Source: the human T2T-CHM13v2.0 reference genome, Homo sapiens
DNA: 64,000 nucleotides
Assembly: GCF_009914755.1 (NCBI RefSeq)
Contig: NC_060948.1
Reading direction: 5' to 3' (one strand)
The notes beneath the pieces were generated by a model. The model saw only the letters and a program-made list of their open reading frames with translations, had not been told where the DNA came from and did no database searches. This document shows, one piece after another, positions 41,787-61,343 of the stretch; within the stretch, counting starts at the first letter, position 1, and every line of letters begins with the position of its first letter. Made by a program: the position numbers and the translations under genes.

Positions 41787-43054
41787 AAAGAAATCATAGA
41801 TGACACAGACAAATGGAAACTCACCCCCATGACTATGGATTGGCAGAATCAATATTGTGAAAATTACCTTTCTGTTAAAGGCAATCTACAAATTCAACGC
41901 AATCTACAAAAACAATTCTAAAATTCATGTGGAACCAAATGAGAGCCGCATAGTCAAACTAAGACTAAGCAAAAAGAATGAACCTGGAAGCAACACACCT
42001 CTTGATTTCAAACTGTACAATAAGGACATAGTTACCAAAACAGAATGGTAGTGGTTTAAAGCTAGGCACATAGACCAATGGAACAGAAGAGAGAACCTAG
42101 AAACTAACCCAAATACTTACAGCCAACTGATCTTCGACAAAGTAAATGAAAACATAAAGTGGGGAAAGGACACCCTTTTCAACACATGATATTGCGATAA
42201 TTTGTGAGCCACACGTAGGAGAATAAAACTGGATTCTCATCTCTCACTTTATACAAAAGGCTACTCAAGATAGATGAAGGACTTAAACCTAATTCCTGAA
42301 ACTATAAAAATTCTAGAAGATAACACTGGATAAACCCTTCTAGACACTGGCATAAGCAAGGATGTCATGACAAAGAACCCAAAAGCAAATGCAATAAAAA
42401 CAGATAAACAGAGATAAATAGCTGGGACCTAATTAAACTAAAGAGCTTTTGCATGGCAAAGGGAACAGTCAGCAGAGTAAATAGACAACCACAGAGTGGG
42501 AGAAAATCTTCACAATCTGTACATCTGAAAGAGGACTAATATCCAGAATCTACAACAAATCAGTAAGAAATCTAAAACAAATCAGTAAGAAAAAAACAAG
42601 CAACCCCATCAAAAATGGGCTAAGGACATGAATAGACAGTTTTCAAAAGAAGATATACAAATGGCTAACAAACATAAATAAAAATGCCCACCATCACTAA
42701 TGATCAGGGACATTCAAATCAAAACCAAAATGCAATACCACCTTACCTCATGCAAACAAAAAATAAAATAAAAGTAGATGTTGCCACGGATGCAGTAAAC
42801 ACGGAACACTTCTACACTGCTGGTGGGAATGTAAACTAGTACAGCCACTGTGAAAAACAATGTGGAGATTCCTTAAAGAACTAAAAGTAGAACTACCATT
42901 TGATCCAGCATTCCCACTACTAGGTATCTACCCAGAGGAAAATAGTCATTATTTGAAAAACATACTTGCACACGCATGTCTATTGCAGCATAATCCACAA
43001 AATCGTGGAACCAACCCAGGTGCCCATCAATCAAAAAGTGGATAAAGAAACTGT

Positions 43055-43092
<38 letters not shown>

Positions 43093-43312
43093 GTGTGCGT
43101 ATATATATATGGTGTGTGTGTGTATATATATATGGTGTGTGTATATATATGGTGTGTATATATATATGGTGTGTATATATATATGGTGTATATATATGGT
43201 ATATATATGTGGTATATACATATGTGATATATATATGTGGTGTATATATATGTGTGTGTGTATACATATATATGTGTGTATATATATATATACACACACA
43301 TATATATATATA
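43055..43312. repeat. Compound (TG)n/(TA)n microsatellite with repeated tatatatatggtgtg units
   Basis: Directly visible inside the L1PB 3' region. Confidence 0.95.
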
Positions 43313-43699
43313 TGATGGAATACTACATAGTCATAGAAAGGAATGAATTAACATCATTTGCAATGACCTGAATGAGATTGGAGACTATAGTTCTAAGTGA
43401 TGTAACCCAGGAATGGAAAACTCAACATCGTATGTTCTCACTGATATGTAGGAGCTAAGCTATGAGGACACAAAGGCACGACAATGATGCAATGGACTTT
43501 GGGGACTTTGGGAGAAAAGTGGGAGGGAGGTGAACAATAAAAGACTATGAGTATGGTGCAGTGTATACTTCTTGGGTAATATGTGCACCATAATCTCACA
43601 AATCACCACTAAGGAACTTACTCATGTAACCAAATACCATCTGTACCCCAACAACTTATAGAAAAATAAAGTTAAAATAACAAATGAAAAATAAACTAT

Positions 43700-44848
43700 A
43701 ACACACCAGGAAAGCGAAGAGACAAGCCACAAAATGGGAAAAAAAATTGAAAACTATCCATCTGACAAAGGATTAATAACCACAATATATAAGGAGCTCA
43801 AACAACTCTACAAGAAAAAATCCAATAACCTGGTCAAAAATGGCAAAAAAGACTTCAATATATATTCCTCCAAAGAAGACATACAAATGGCAAATAGGCA
43901 TATGAATAGGTGCTCAACATCATTGATAGAGAAAGGCAAATAGAAACTGCAGTGCAATATCATCTCACTGGAGTTAAAATGGCTTATATTCAAAATACAG
44001 GAAATAACAAATGCTAGGGAGAATTTAGAGAAAAGGGAACCCTCATATATTGCTAGGGGGAATGTAAATTAGTATAATCACTATAAAGAACATCACTAAT
44101 GTTTTTTATAGTTTTGAGGTTTTTTTATGTTTTGATGTTCCTCAAAAATCTAAAAATTGAGCTACCACATTATCTAGCAATCCTACTGTTGGGTATATAC
44201 CCAAAAGAAAGGAAATCAGTATGTTGAGATATCTGTACTCCTGTGTTTGTTGCAGCACTATTTATAATAGCTAAGATTTGGAAGTAACCTGAGTGTCCAT
44301 CAAGAATGGATTAAAAAATGTGGTAGATATACACAATGGAGTACCATTCAGCCTTAAAAAAGAATGAGAACCAGTCATCTGCAAGACCATGGATGGAACT
44401 GGGAATCATTATGTTAAGTGAAATAGCCAGGCACAGAAAGACAAACATCATATATCCTCACTTATTTGTGGGATCTCAAAATCAACCCACTTGAACTCAT
44501 GAACATAGAGCATAGAAGGATGATTACCAGAGGCTGGGAAGGATATTGGGGAGATAGGGTGAGGTGGGCATTGTTCATGGGTACAAAAAATAATTAGAAT
44601 GAACGACAGTTGCTATTTGATAGCACAATAGGGCGACTATAGTCAATAATAATGTAATTGTACATTTTAAAATAACTTAAAGAGTGTAATTAGATTGTTC
44701 ACAACTCAAAAATAAATGTTTGAGGGGATGGATGTCCCATTCTTTGTGATGTGATTGTTTAACTTTGTATGTCTGTGTCAAATCATCTCGTGTATGTTAT
44801 AAATATATACACTTATGTACCTACGAAAATTAAAAATTAAAAAATTAT
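43700..44848 (+). mobile_element. L1MA 3' end
   Basis: [18 protein letters not shown], then a 3'UTR with tgatagcacaatagggcgactatagtcaataat ending cctacgaaaattaaaaatt. Confidence 0.85.
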
Positions 44849-45315
44849 AAGACACTTGACTCAATTTGAATTTTGTGTAAGTAAGGTAATTATTTGTATA
44901 AATATCTTCCAATACTTGCTTAAACATATTACATACAAATATGCAAATATTGCGTAGCCATACTAAAAAGTTATTCATTGCTTATCCCAGTTTTAAACTT
45001 TACTGTTGTTTCTTATATTTTCTTTCAGTGAATCTGAAACATCCATTATAGAAGTATCATGGGATTTATGGTAACATTGTACAGACATGGGGAAAAAAGA
45101 ATGAAAGAAAAATCCTTAGAGGTCATATGGGTTGGTAAGAGTATAAAAGAAAACTGAGTCCCATATGATACATTAAAAACAGAAATCAGGATGTACATCT
45201 CAGCTCTCACCAGGAGATGTGGCAACCAGATTGTCCTTGGGCTGAGGGGGACGTCGCTGAGCACTCTCAGAGACAGACAATGCAAATCAAGTTCATTCTC
45301 ACTGTGCTTGCTTAC

Positions 45316-45441
45316 CCTTCAAAATTGTGTTAAGTCCCTAAGTATATATATAATCATGAGTAGTTGTGGGAAAAACAACACCATTAAATGTACCAGAACA
45401 AAAGACTGCTCACAAATACTGCAGATGTTTAGATCAGATGT
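45316..45441 (-). other. Orphan exon-like segment (126 nt)
   Basis: Acceptor ctccctttctttgcttcag| and donor gg|gtaagc. Frame TSDLNICSICEQSFVLVHLMVLFFPQLLMIIYILRDLTQF*R has a single stop. Confidence 0.45.
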
Positions 45442-45922
45442 CTGAAGCAAAGAAAGGGAGTATAATAAAAAATAATTTAAAGAAAATGGAGCTCAATAAA
45501 TCTGTTTCTTCATCGTTATGATAATGTCAAATCTGTTGAAATTTTTTTAAAATGACATGATTTGTCTACAGATCTTTGTGCTCTGGCTTAAATTAAATGT
45601 ATATACAACTTATATAATAAAATACTGAGGTGTTTCATTATTATATTGATAATTTCTTGTTCACAATCATTTTGGTGATATTCAATAAACAGCACTGTGA
45701 GACCTATGGCTGGATATCAACAACATAAAGTGATTATGACAGTTTCATGGGACAGATGAAGGAAGGTTGGTTTGTGCAGTGGCAATACTTGGCAACCTGA
45801 GAAACTGATTTCACAATTTTAGAAAAGTATTATTCTTTCTAACTAGATATTTCCATGAAAAGAACCTTGTGAAATGCAGAAATGCCAAAAGAATAATTGT
45901 AATAACCAAAGAACTAAAATAC

Positions 45923-46050
45923 GTCTAAATTTCTCTGACAATTTAATTTAATGCAGGATGAAGCCAGAATAACATTGTTTACTAACATAGATATTCATGA
46001 TCTCAATACATTTAATTCTTAGCTCGTTGAGGAAAAAAGTAGTAGAGCTG
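45923..46050 (-). other. Orphan exon-like segment
   Basis: Strong acceptor cctgttttctgtcttttgtctctgcaatag| and weak donor ac|gtattt. Frame SSTTFFLNELRIKCIEIMNIYVSKQCYSGFILH*IKLSEKFR. Confidence 0.3.
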
Positions 46051-46182
46051 CTATTGCAGAGACAAAAGACAGAAAACAGGGGAGGGGCTTGATCACAATT
46101 CATGTTACAATTTTTGGAAACTTCTAAAAATCCTGCCTGGTGATAGGTTTTTCTTATCTCATTATTTAAGAATATATGAGCA

Positions 46183-46634
<452 letters not shown>

Positions 46635-46700
46635 TTATTATGTAAGTTGTTCATAAATTTAATATAAATGATGTAGATCTACAGTAATGGAGATGTGTAG

Positions 46701-47037
<337 letters not shown>

Positions 47038-47976
47038 ACGTTTCTTTTTTAAAGTGTGCAAGCTCTTTGACCAACATGTCCCTGTGCATCACTGTAATAA
47101 GATACCCAGAGCAACTGTTTCTACCGTGGATTTGGGAGGAGATTAAGACACATCCTTTCTACTTTGGATGCTCTTATCAGGATCAGGGGAGGTCCCTGCA
47201 CTCTGATTTTCTCTCTCTTAAATGTGCAAAGTACAGAGATTTTTATCATGAATAATTTTAATAGAAATTAAAAATTCCATCATATTCAGGGACATGCAGG
47301 TTTTGTATTCATCATGTTTCTTCTTGATATTTTTAGGCCCTGGCCAGCTGCAAATGAATAATCTCTACCATCATCATTGTTTTCCTTTGTGTTTTAATCT
47401 TTCCTGATTCCATTCTCTCTACCTTTTATTTTGAAGAAGAAGACACCAAAAAATCCTGTCACTACCAAATGCAAAAAAAAAAAAAAAAAACAAAAACAAA
47501 TTACAAATAGTAACATTTACAAGTCACATTTGTGAATATATGTTTTAATTAGAAAACTGCAATTCTAAACTTTCAGAGGAAATGGTAGTAATATAAAACA
47601 GAGGACATTTTTGTAATAAGGAACTCATATTCTTAATATTTTACAAATTATTATTCTCTCATCACCAAATAGTGTTACCTAAAGTAATATATAACCAATT
47701 TAATAAGTTTAGTTTTAAAAAACACAAAATTATAAAACAATTAATACAATATTTGAAATCGTGATGCATATTGCCAGCCTTCTGGTAAAGTTCTATTAAC
47801 TCTACAAAAAATTTATAAATGGCAGACGATACATTTCCAGATAGTTTTGTGGCAATCAAAAAAGAATTGATTTATTAGCAATTTTTATATCACTTTGTGA
47901 AAAAATATTATTTGTGATAAGTATCATTATTTTTATTTATTTAAAACAGCTCATGTATTAAGAAATCATACTTTAG

Positions 47977-52480
<4,504 letters not shown>

Positions 52481-52704
52481 AAACTTTACATAAATGCAAA
52501 AGTCTGGTATAGCTAATATACCATAATGAAATGTCAACTATAATCCCAGCTCAAAGAGAACACCATAAAATTATGAAGGCTTTTCCATAAATCTCTAAAT
52601 TTATGTCCTCATAAGATTATATTTCTATTTCTTCTTAAATAATTTCCTTATTTTAGCTATGATTTAGTGATAGTAAGATGGTAACTATGAGGAGAAAGTT
52701 CTAA

Positions 52705-53104
<400 letters not shown>

Positions 53105-53462
53105 CCAGCCACTTCTAATGCAGCTGAATAATAGATACTCACCCAACTCAGTCTAAGAATTGAATCCATGTATGGGAGATAAGGCCCCCAAGGAGTGGTA
53201 ATAAGCGGGGAATGCCATCAGCTCATCTTCCTTCAGGCCTGTATTTGTCATTGTCACTTGAAGAAGCAGGACAGCCCTGGCACTGGGATTGTTAGAAACA
53301 GACAGTATCAAAGGGAAAACTGAACTCTCCTAATTTTTGAAAAACAGCAGATAGGAAACAGATGGGCTCCAACGTTTTCCATGTGTGAGGTCATTGTCCC
53401 AGGTAGCCTTGCTCAGGACCACATTTCTTCTCAGCAAAACAGAAGTCAAACAATATTTCTAC

Positions 53463-53568
53463 CTTCCAGGAGAATAGAACTTAATGTCAGATTTTCTCAT
53501 GGATTTCCACAAGTTCAAGAAAGTTTCATGGTCTTCATTTATTTCTTCTTTAGTGGTCTTAGGGTCAC
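53463..53568 (-). other. Orphan exon-like segment with a fully open frame
   Basis: Acceptor ttatatttctag|g and donor ag|gtagaa. Frame DPKTTKEEINEDHETFLNLWKSMRKSDIKFYSPG has no stop. Confidence 0.35.
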
Positions 53569-53861
53569 CTAGAAATATAAGCTACTTTGTTGGAATTTGG
53601 AAGATAACTCATGCTCCAAAAGTACTTAAAAGATGTGCTTTTTCCCCTGGGAACAGATCCCTAAGTCAAGGCATCTTGCAGGGGAAACAGAATGTAGGCT
53701 GCTTTTCACCTGTCACGTAGTAGGCCTGGTATATTTATCAAGGGCAGAAAAAAACCTCAATTACAGGCAGAATTGATGACTGAGATGCACATTGTCCTTC
53801 TTTATATATCTGATTTTGACATAAATTTCCAGGAACTTGTGTTTTCCATGCCATCCCTTTT

Positions 53862-54176
<315 letters not shown>

Positions 54177-54780
54177 CATCCCATCCCTTTTTGTTATCTT
54201 CTGTCTCTAGTCATGGGGATATTTTATTTTGCAAACTAGAATGCCCACTTCTTGGCAACAGACACATTTTTTGCTTTGTGACACCCACCAACCAAACCTG
54301 AAATATAACTTTAACCTTAATCCTGATTATAACTGCACATTTATGATTTTTTTAAATACAAATACACTTGTTGTTATGATGGTAGCTTTTCTTCCCATAA
54401 ACCTATATTTCTTAGTGCAGAGCAACAGCTCAGCCTGTTTGGGTTTGGCATGGTGTGTCCCCATGCATTGTTTTTGATTCTGTAACAAAAAAATATTCCA
54501 GTTGGCTTCATTTTGGACACCCTCACTCTCTGACTTCTACTCTCTGCAAATACAATTCTGCTTGAACTCTCTGACTGGATCCAGTCTATCATTAGCTGCC
54601 ATAAATACAACCTCAATACTCAATCTTTGTTTTTTCTTAGCTCTTTATTTGTTCATTTAATTGCCTTATTTAAAGTTTCTCTATTTCTTCTTTTGAAACT
54701 TTCCTTGGTCACTGCTCACAGAAAAAAAAAATAAAGCTCTCGACTAAGAATCCTACACCTAGCATATTTATGTATCAAAA

Positions 54781-55048
54781 ATTGAGGATTGCTTGAGTTC
54801 AGGAGTTCAAGACAGACCTGGGCAACACAATGAGACCTCATCTCTGCTAAAAATAATATATATATATATATATTAGCCAGGTGTGGTGGTGTGCACCAGT
54901 AGTCTCTCGGCTACTTGGGAGGCTGAGGTGAGAGAATTGCTCGAGCTCAGGAGATCTAGGCTACAGTGAGCTGTGATTGTGCCACTGAACTCCAGCCTGA
55001 GTGAGAGTTAGGTCTTGTCTCAAACAAAGAAACAAAACAACAACAACA
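54781..55048 (+). mobile_element. 5'-truncated Alu (AluJ-like)
   Basis: gaggattgcttgagttcaggagttcaagac...gctacagtgagctgtgattgtgccactg. Confidence 0.85.
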
Positions 55049-55634
55049 CCAATACAGAACCTTAGGGAATCTAATAAAAAAGTAGTTTGGGTCAATCTTT
55101 GCTATTTTAAATTCCTGTTTTTTCCATACATTCTAATGCAAGGTAAATGAAAGCACTGGTGAGACCCAGCCTGGAGGGGCTTGCCCTAAGCTTAGTGTTT
55201 GTTATCTCTGGGCAACCCCTACAAAATTTCCAGAGACATCTGGTGTGTGGAATAAGCCAATGTCAGCATCTCAGAAAAGGTTTTCACTTTAGGCCTTCCT
55301 GAATCAAGAGCCTAAGAGTATTGGGATCTACCAGGAGCATATTGTGCTCTGTTAAACATTTTCCATGAGTGACCTGGGCACAGGGTTGTCTCTAGGATGT
55401 AGGTGCTTGGTTACCAGAGTTCTAAGTTCTGTTGGGGTCTGTCACAAAGGAAGTAAGATCACTTTTTCAAAGTTTCATCCTCTGGCTCCTTGCTTTCCTC
55501 CATAAAACCCATCTAAAATGACCTTCTGGGCTACTGACTGCTCACTATCCCTGCGTGTCAACTCTTTAGCTGTGCACAATTATGCAAGAACAGCCCTCCT
55601 CACTTCCCTGAAAAGACCTGAATGAAGCCAGGGT

Positions 55635-55975
55635 CTCAGGTTTGAGGTCATAGATCTGGGTAAGAACCTAGTATTTCTTATTAGTTCTGTGACACTAGAA
55701 AAGTTATTGTAGGTTTTGGGGCCTTTCAACCTGTACAGTGGGTAATATGCCAGCATCTCCCTAGGGAACTCATCGGGTGTGTATGAGATAAGACCTGTAA
55801 AACTCATGGTGTGGCATCCCATGTAGACAATGCACGCATTTAGAGATAAAATAATTATAAGAAGGAATGGGAGGTAACATAGAATACAACACAAGCAGGC
55901 CTGTGTCCAGCACTGTGATATTGGAAAGTCGCTTCCCCTCTCAGCCTCATTTTTCATTCTACACTAGTAAGAATT
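55635..55975 (+). mobile_element. Two MIR fragments
   Basis: agatctgggtaagaacc...ctgtgacactagaaaagttatt, and ctgtgatattggaaagtcgcttcccctctcagcctcatttttcat. Confidence 0.55.
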
Positions 55976-56171
55976 TGAGGTGAAATGAAATTCACATGTT
56001 GTCATCCTCTGACATTATTCTTTTTAGAGCCTTCTCATTATATTCAGAATCAGACCCATGTCCCTCATTTTGGCCTATGTGGTTGGCAGACTATAGGAAG
56101 GCTCATAACACTAAGGGGTCTGCAGCTCACTTCTGACAAATGGAATGCAATAAATGTGATATGATAACATT

Positions 56172-56375
56172 TCTGTCTTAGATTGGCTGTTACAGCAAAG
56201 ATAGAATGAGCCGCTTATCAACAGTACAATGTTCTTCAATGTTCTTTCTCACAGTTCTGGAGGACAGAAGTTGAAGATCAGAATGCCAGCATGGTCGAGC
56301 TCTAGTGAGAACTCTCTCTTCTGAGTTTCAGACTGTAGTCTTTACATTCTATATTTGCCTGACAGATAGTGGAGG
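56172..56375 (-). mobile_element. MaLR LTR fragment (MLT1/MST-like)
   Basis: ttctcacagttctggaggacagaagttgaagatcagaatgccagcatggtc. Confidence 0.7.
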
Positions 56376-56619
56376 ATGGAGTTCTCTGGGTTTTTTGTTG
56401 TGTTTTGTTTTGTTTTGTTTATAGAGCCAGTAATACTGTTCCTGAGGCTTTCACCTCATTTTCTCCTCGTCTCTTTCTTCTGTGTTTTGTCCCTCAATCT
56501 ATTTCTCTCATTCTTCTACTTACTCTGCCCATTGTTTTCTCTCCCATTTTCTGCCAATGTCTTTCTCTTTCTCTTTCAATGTGTATTTATTTCCCTGTCT
56601 TTCTACTGCATCCCTCAAG

Positions 56620-56944
56620 TTCAGAAAACAAGATCCAGAGTTATGAGCTGCCTATGCAGTGGCCTACACAACAGAGAATGAGGGAGTGCCCAGGCCCCAG
56701 GAAACACTCAGGCTCTCAGTCTACACTGAATCTGGACAATACCCATATGAGTGTGCTTGGAATCTAATCCTCTCACAGCTCAGCTTCAGCTGAGAGCACA
56801 GCCCCAGCTTCATGGAGCCCCATGTGCAGGCAACCAGCAAAGCTGTGTCCAGATTCTGGTCCACATAAATTGTGAGATAGTAAGAATTTGTTGTTAAAGA
56901 TGCTAAGTTTGGGGAGAATGTTGTCAGAGAGAAGCAGATCACTG
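56620..56944 (+). mobile_element. MaLR LTR fragment (MLT1-like)
   Basis: ccagattctggtccacataaattgtgagatagtaagaatttgttgttaaagatgctaagtttgggg. Confidence 0.7.
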
Positions 56945-57189
56945 TCTTATTCTTCTAGGTCCCAGAGTCCTCCTTCCCTCTCCTTTTCTCTTCCCCAGGC
57001 TCCCTCTAGCCCTGCCGGCCTCTTTCTCTCATCCTCTGCCAAAGTCACTTCTGCCTGCATTTCTCTGCACCAGGAGTGGCATCTCACTGACACTGTATCC
57101 CCAGAGTTGTGCAGGGCTGGTCATCTGTTGCCACAGAGAGGCATTTGGGTCCCTAGAATGCTATGGCTCCCCGCCCTGCCTTTCAACAT

Positions 57190-57390
57190 CCTACTTTATT
57201 TTAATTATAGCATTTACTCTTCATTTACTTGTACTTGCTTTAGGGTTTTTGTCCATATATCCTCAGACTGCAGGCTTCTTGAGTTGGGGAAAGGGCCACT
57301 CAATCATTTCTCAGCACCACATGCTGGGCCCATCATGGCACTTAGCACAGATTTAGTTCTGTGACAGGGTCGCTGAGTGAATAAATGAGG
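57190..57390 (+). mobile_element. L2 3' end
   Basis: agactgcaggcttcttgag...catcatggcacttagcacag...gctgagtgaataaatga. Confidence 0.5.
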
Positions 57391-59214
57391 AAATGTCTAA
57401 CCTCCTTGTCTGCTTCTGATCACCTCATAATGGTATATTTATTTCTTTTAAGAAAAACAATAATTATAGTTGATAGTAAAATATAAATGGCAAAATTAGT
57501 ATAATTTCTGAAGTCTTCTGTTCAGTATTTGTGATAGCTTTTATTATGTAATTATCCCTATTATTATTTTATGTTTTATAACTTTTACATAAATATTGAT
57601 CTTCAGAAAAACCTGTTTTAACTGAGTTGTGACAAAAAATTTTATATTCTATCTACAAATCTTCTATAGTTTAATAATTGTATTATTGTTTTTATGAATG
57701 ATTTTGACCCTGATATTTTGGAAAGAGGAATTCTACAAGTTTCCTAGCAGGTCAGGCCAATCACATTTTGTCATCCAGGATTTAGCATCTGATGTTCCAT
57801 CTAACAGGTGTACAAGTTGATATGTCAAGTAACCCTAAGCCATATGTGCCCTAAATAATTCTAAATTATTTGATGAATATTTAATTTTCTTGTTTAGTTT
57901 TTAAAAATCGTTAATTATAACTTGTTAGTTCATGTGCAACTCTGAACTCATGCACTAGATTTGAATTCTGCAGTTGCTTACCAATCTGGGTCATGGGAAA
58001 GGTGGATACTTAGGTGAAACAAACAATTTGGGAATGTGTGACAGCTCAGAAAATAATTTCATATTAAAAAACTAGAAGGAGAAGTCAATAGTTGGGCAAA
58101 AGATGAGATATTAGAATCATAAGGGGCAGGAGGGAGAGCAACATGCAAGGAGGCAACAGAAGGACAAGGAGGAGACACATTTACTAAAAAATGTGTCTGG
58201 TTTTTGTTGCTTCTGATTGTAAATTTTTCATCTTTAGACATCTTTAGCAATAGAATATTTTCGTGGAGCAATGTCTCATTCATAATTATGTGTACAGTCT
58301 TCTTGGCTCATTATATGTACCAACTAGAAATACTTCCCATTGGACCTGAAGATTCTTTGTCTTTCTAAAGTGCCTCTCAAAGGAAGAATGTTTGTCTCGT
58401 CAACATTCATTAATGTGGTCATTAAAGGTTCAAATAATCATTGAACTAATGGTATTCAGAGAAATAAGTGTAAGAATTGTAATTAAAGTATATATAAGTA
58501 CCAATACTTTTATCCTAAAATGAAGAGTATTTGGAGAACAGTTTGTGTGTAATCCTGTGCACCTAATGTCTCAGCCCTAATCCAATGGTTGGCCATAACT
58601 TAAAGCAGAAAAATGCCTATGACTCCAGTGGGTATAAAACAAGAGAAAACATGCTGTATGGATTAAAGATGTTTTCTTAAGATGAAAAAAAGTGAAAGGA
58701 AAATGTAACCAGTTTCACAGTAACTGACAGCAACGTTTATCCAAATTAATGCTGATCAAGGGAAAACCACTAACTGTTCTCTCTGTGAGGTTGGCTGAAA
58801 CAATAGGCACAAAGGTCCTATGCCTATGGTCTACCCTCAGATTGTTCTTAAAAAAAATGACTTTACACATTATAATACATGACAGTAACACAAGGATAGC
58901 ACAATGGGATGAAGATGGCCTGATTCTACCAAGAATGTCAACGAAATAGGGTCTACAAAATCTAGGTACCAAACTGATAATAAATAGCTGCAGAACCCAA
59001 CAGAAAGAGAACAGAGTTCAGCTCTTGTGATGACTTAGCACATAATCATGCACTTGAAAAGTCAGGAAAAGCAAGGGAAAGGCGACCTTCATGGGTGGTG
59101 CACATAGTCAAGGCTGCCACCTATGGCAGTGGGTAGTTCAGAATATATTTCAGTGGAATCTTCATGTGACCATGAAAATTAGCAGACCACCTGAGGTAAG
59201 TGCCTTATTCAAAT

Positions 59215-59500
59215 ATACCATTTTTTAAATCTTTTATAACATAAATTTGCTGTGCCTTTTATGTTTATGTATACAAATGTTGACTATAGTGTTACAATTG
59301 CTTACAGTATTCAGCATAGTAACATGCTGTCCAGGTTTGTAGTTTAGGAGCAATAGGCTATACCATATAGTCTAGGTCTCCAATGGGCTATACCACCTAG
59401 GTTTGTGTAAGTACATTCTATGATGTTCACACAGTAATAATACTACACAATGGTGCATTTCTCAATATATATCCTCATTATTAAAAATGCATGGTTGTAT
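59215..59500. mobile_element. Tigger3 (Golem/MER7-type) DNA transposon end
   Basis: gtgttacaattgcttacagtattcagcatagtaacatgctg...aggagcaataggctataccatatag...gcatttctca...tgcatggttg followed by TA. Confidence 0.78.
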
Positions 59501-59529
59501 AAAAAATAAAATGGATGTTGAAAGAGTGA

Positions 59530-60010
59530 AGTTGCTATGTATTGTTTCATAACATGTAACCCCAAAACTTTATGGCATAAAATCACAATATTTATTACCT
59601 GAATTTCTGTAGATGAGAAATTCAAGAACAATTATCCTGGTGTTTGTGCCCCAGGCCATCTCATGTGGTTACAGTCAGATTTCAATTGGGGCTGTCATCC
59701 AAACTCTTGACAGCAACTAGAAGATCCACTTTCAACTTTGCTAACATTCATGGCCTGCAAGTTGGTGGGGTTTTTAATTGAAGGTCTCAGGTTCTCTCCA
59801 CATAGATATTTTTGTAGGGATGATTGACTGTTCTCACCAAATAGTGGCTGGTTTCTTTCAGAGAGAGTGGCTTAGGAAAAACAATGCATTAGTGGCAAAA
59901 TCTTTTATGACCTAGACTCAGAAGTCACACATGGACACTTCTGTCACCTTCTATTCACCAGAAAGGATTTTTAAGCTTGACATACCTTCAAGAAGAAAAG
60001 AATTAGGGTC
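59530..60010 (-). mobile_element. Old MaLR LTR (MLT1-like)
   Basis: cataacatgtaaccccaaaactttatggcataaaa...cttttatgacctagactcagaagtcacac...cacttctgtcaccttctatt. Confidence 0.7.
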
Positions 60011-61343
60011 TATGAAAGGACTTCAATAAGTTTGTGAAAAAATGAAAGTAAAACACAAAAATAAAATATATAAACTTTATTTCTCAACATTAGCTTCATC
60101 AAGTCAAGTTCAAGACACTTTTATAAGCAATAATACCAGCCTTCAGTCTATCCCCACAAAAAGTAAGGTCCTGGGAATTTAACAATGTCAGGAAAGTCTC
60201 TTTTACATTATTAACTGTAGAAAATGGGTGTCTTTTAAAGCTGTTTTAAAATCAGAAGAGAAAAAGAAGTTGGAGGGAGCCAAATCAGGGTTAAAAGGTG
60301 GATGCTTAATAATTTTCCATGGAAAGTCCAGCAAAATTGTCCTTTGATTTTTTTTAATGAGAGGAAAGAGGAGGAACATTGTTGTGGTGGTGAAGAATTC
60401 TATGGTAAAATTTTCTGGAAATATTTCCCCTAACGCTTTGGGTAACTGTCTCAAAATACTCCATAATAGCATGTTTTATTGCATTATGTATTGTTTTGTT
60501 TTGTTTTTGGCCCTCTAGAAAGCCAACAGGCAAAATGCCTTGAGCACCCTGACACTGTTGCTATGAGCTTTGTTCTAGACCAGTAACCTTTTGCTGAGAC
60601 TGGACCACTTTCACTTCTTGGTAGCCGTTGCTTTATTTCTGTTTTATGTTGAAAATTTCATGGAACAGCTGTGTTTGACTTCCTCACACAATTATTTGAA
60701 GAAATGCCTCAAGATCTTAATAACATTTATGTACAATTTCAGTTGAAAGCTCTGTTCTTGTCTGCAGCTGATCTAGGAACAAGAGTTTTCTAATCTATTG
60801 AGTGGAAAAATTCTCAAAATTGTGTGAATTTAAGAGATGGCCATGGTGTTGACTGTTGTTTATACCGTTGTCATTCCTAAACTGTTGTTTATACCGTTGT
60901 CACTCCTAAAGCACGGCATGAACAAGATTAATTTCTTTTCTGGTGAGTTAATGTGAATTGTCTTCCACTGTGGGCTTTATCTTCAACACCTAATCATCCC
61001 TTCTTAAAATGAGTTATTCATTTGTATGCTTGTGAATGTCGGGGGGCATTGTCCCCATAAATTGTTATAAAGAATTAGTTATTTTACTATTCTTTCACCC
61101 AAAATGGCCATAAATTTGATGTTTTTTCTTGCTTTAATTTTAGTAGAATTCATGCTGCTCTAATACGATCTCTTTTCAAATTGGTGTCTTAGTTTCCTTA
61201 TTATAATTCCCCAAATTAGATCCTGTTCAGACATGTTATAACAAAGTTAGTAAAAGTTTATTTAGTTGCAAAATATTTTTGAAGTCTATGCAGAATTTAT
61301 TCTCAATATGCATTTCTCATGAACTTTTTGAAGATCCTTCATA
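60011..61343 (-). mobile_element. Full-length Hsmar2 mariner transposon (defective transposase)
   Basis: TA-flanked inverted termini tatgaaaggacttcaataagtttgtgaaaaaatg and catttctcatgaactttttgaagatccttcata. About 1.3 kb. Minus peptide IIKHPPFNPDLAPSNFF matches the mariner YSPDLAPSD motif. Confidence 0.9.

Larger units (their letters stand above)
40328..43690 (+). mobile_element. L1PB (ORF2 to 3' end) cut at its 5' side by the ERV LTR
   Basis: ORF2 peptide [17 protein letters not shown] and an L1PB 3'UTR (aaatcaccactaaggaactta). Several small internal deletions. Confidence 0.88.

Noticed and set aside
42873-43346. Overlapping Tyr/Ile/His/Thr-rich ORFs
   Set aside because: Translations of a (TA)/(TG) microsatellite.
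45280-45306. Octamer ATGCAAAT next to an RSS heptamer (CACAGTG on minus), hinting at an Ig/TCR orphon
   Set aside because: No nonamer at 12- or 23-bp spacing, and no V-domain motifs nearby.
47815-47860. ADDTFP...VAI resembling the XKRY N-terminus
   Set aside because: The similarity does not extend in either direction.
58200-58980. Possible coding exons in unique sequence (ORFs 58059-58283, 58715-58972)
   Set aside because: No recognisable protein similarity and no convincing paired splice sites.
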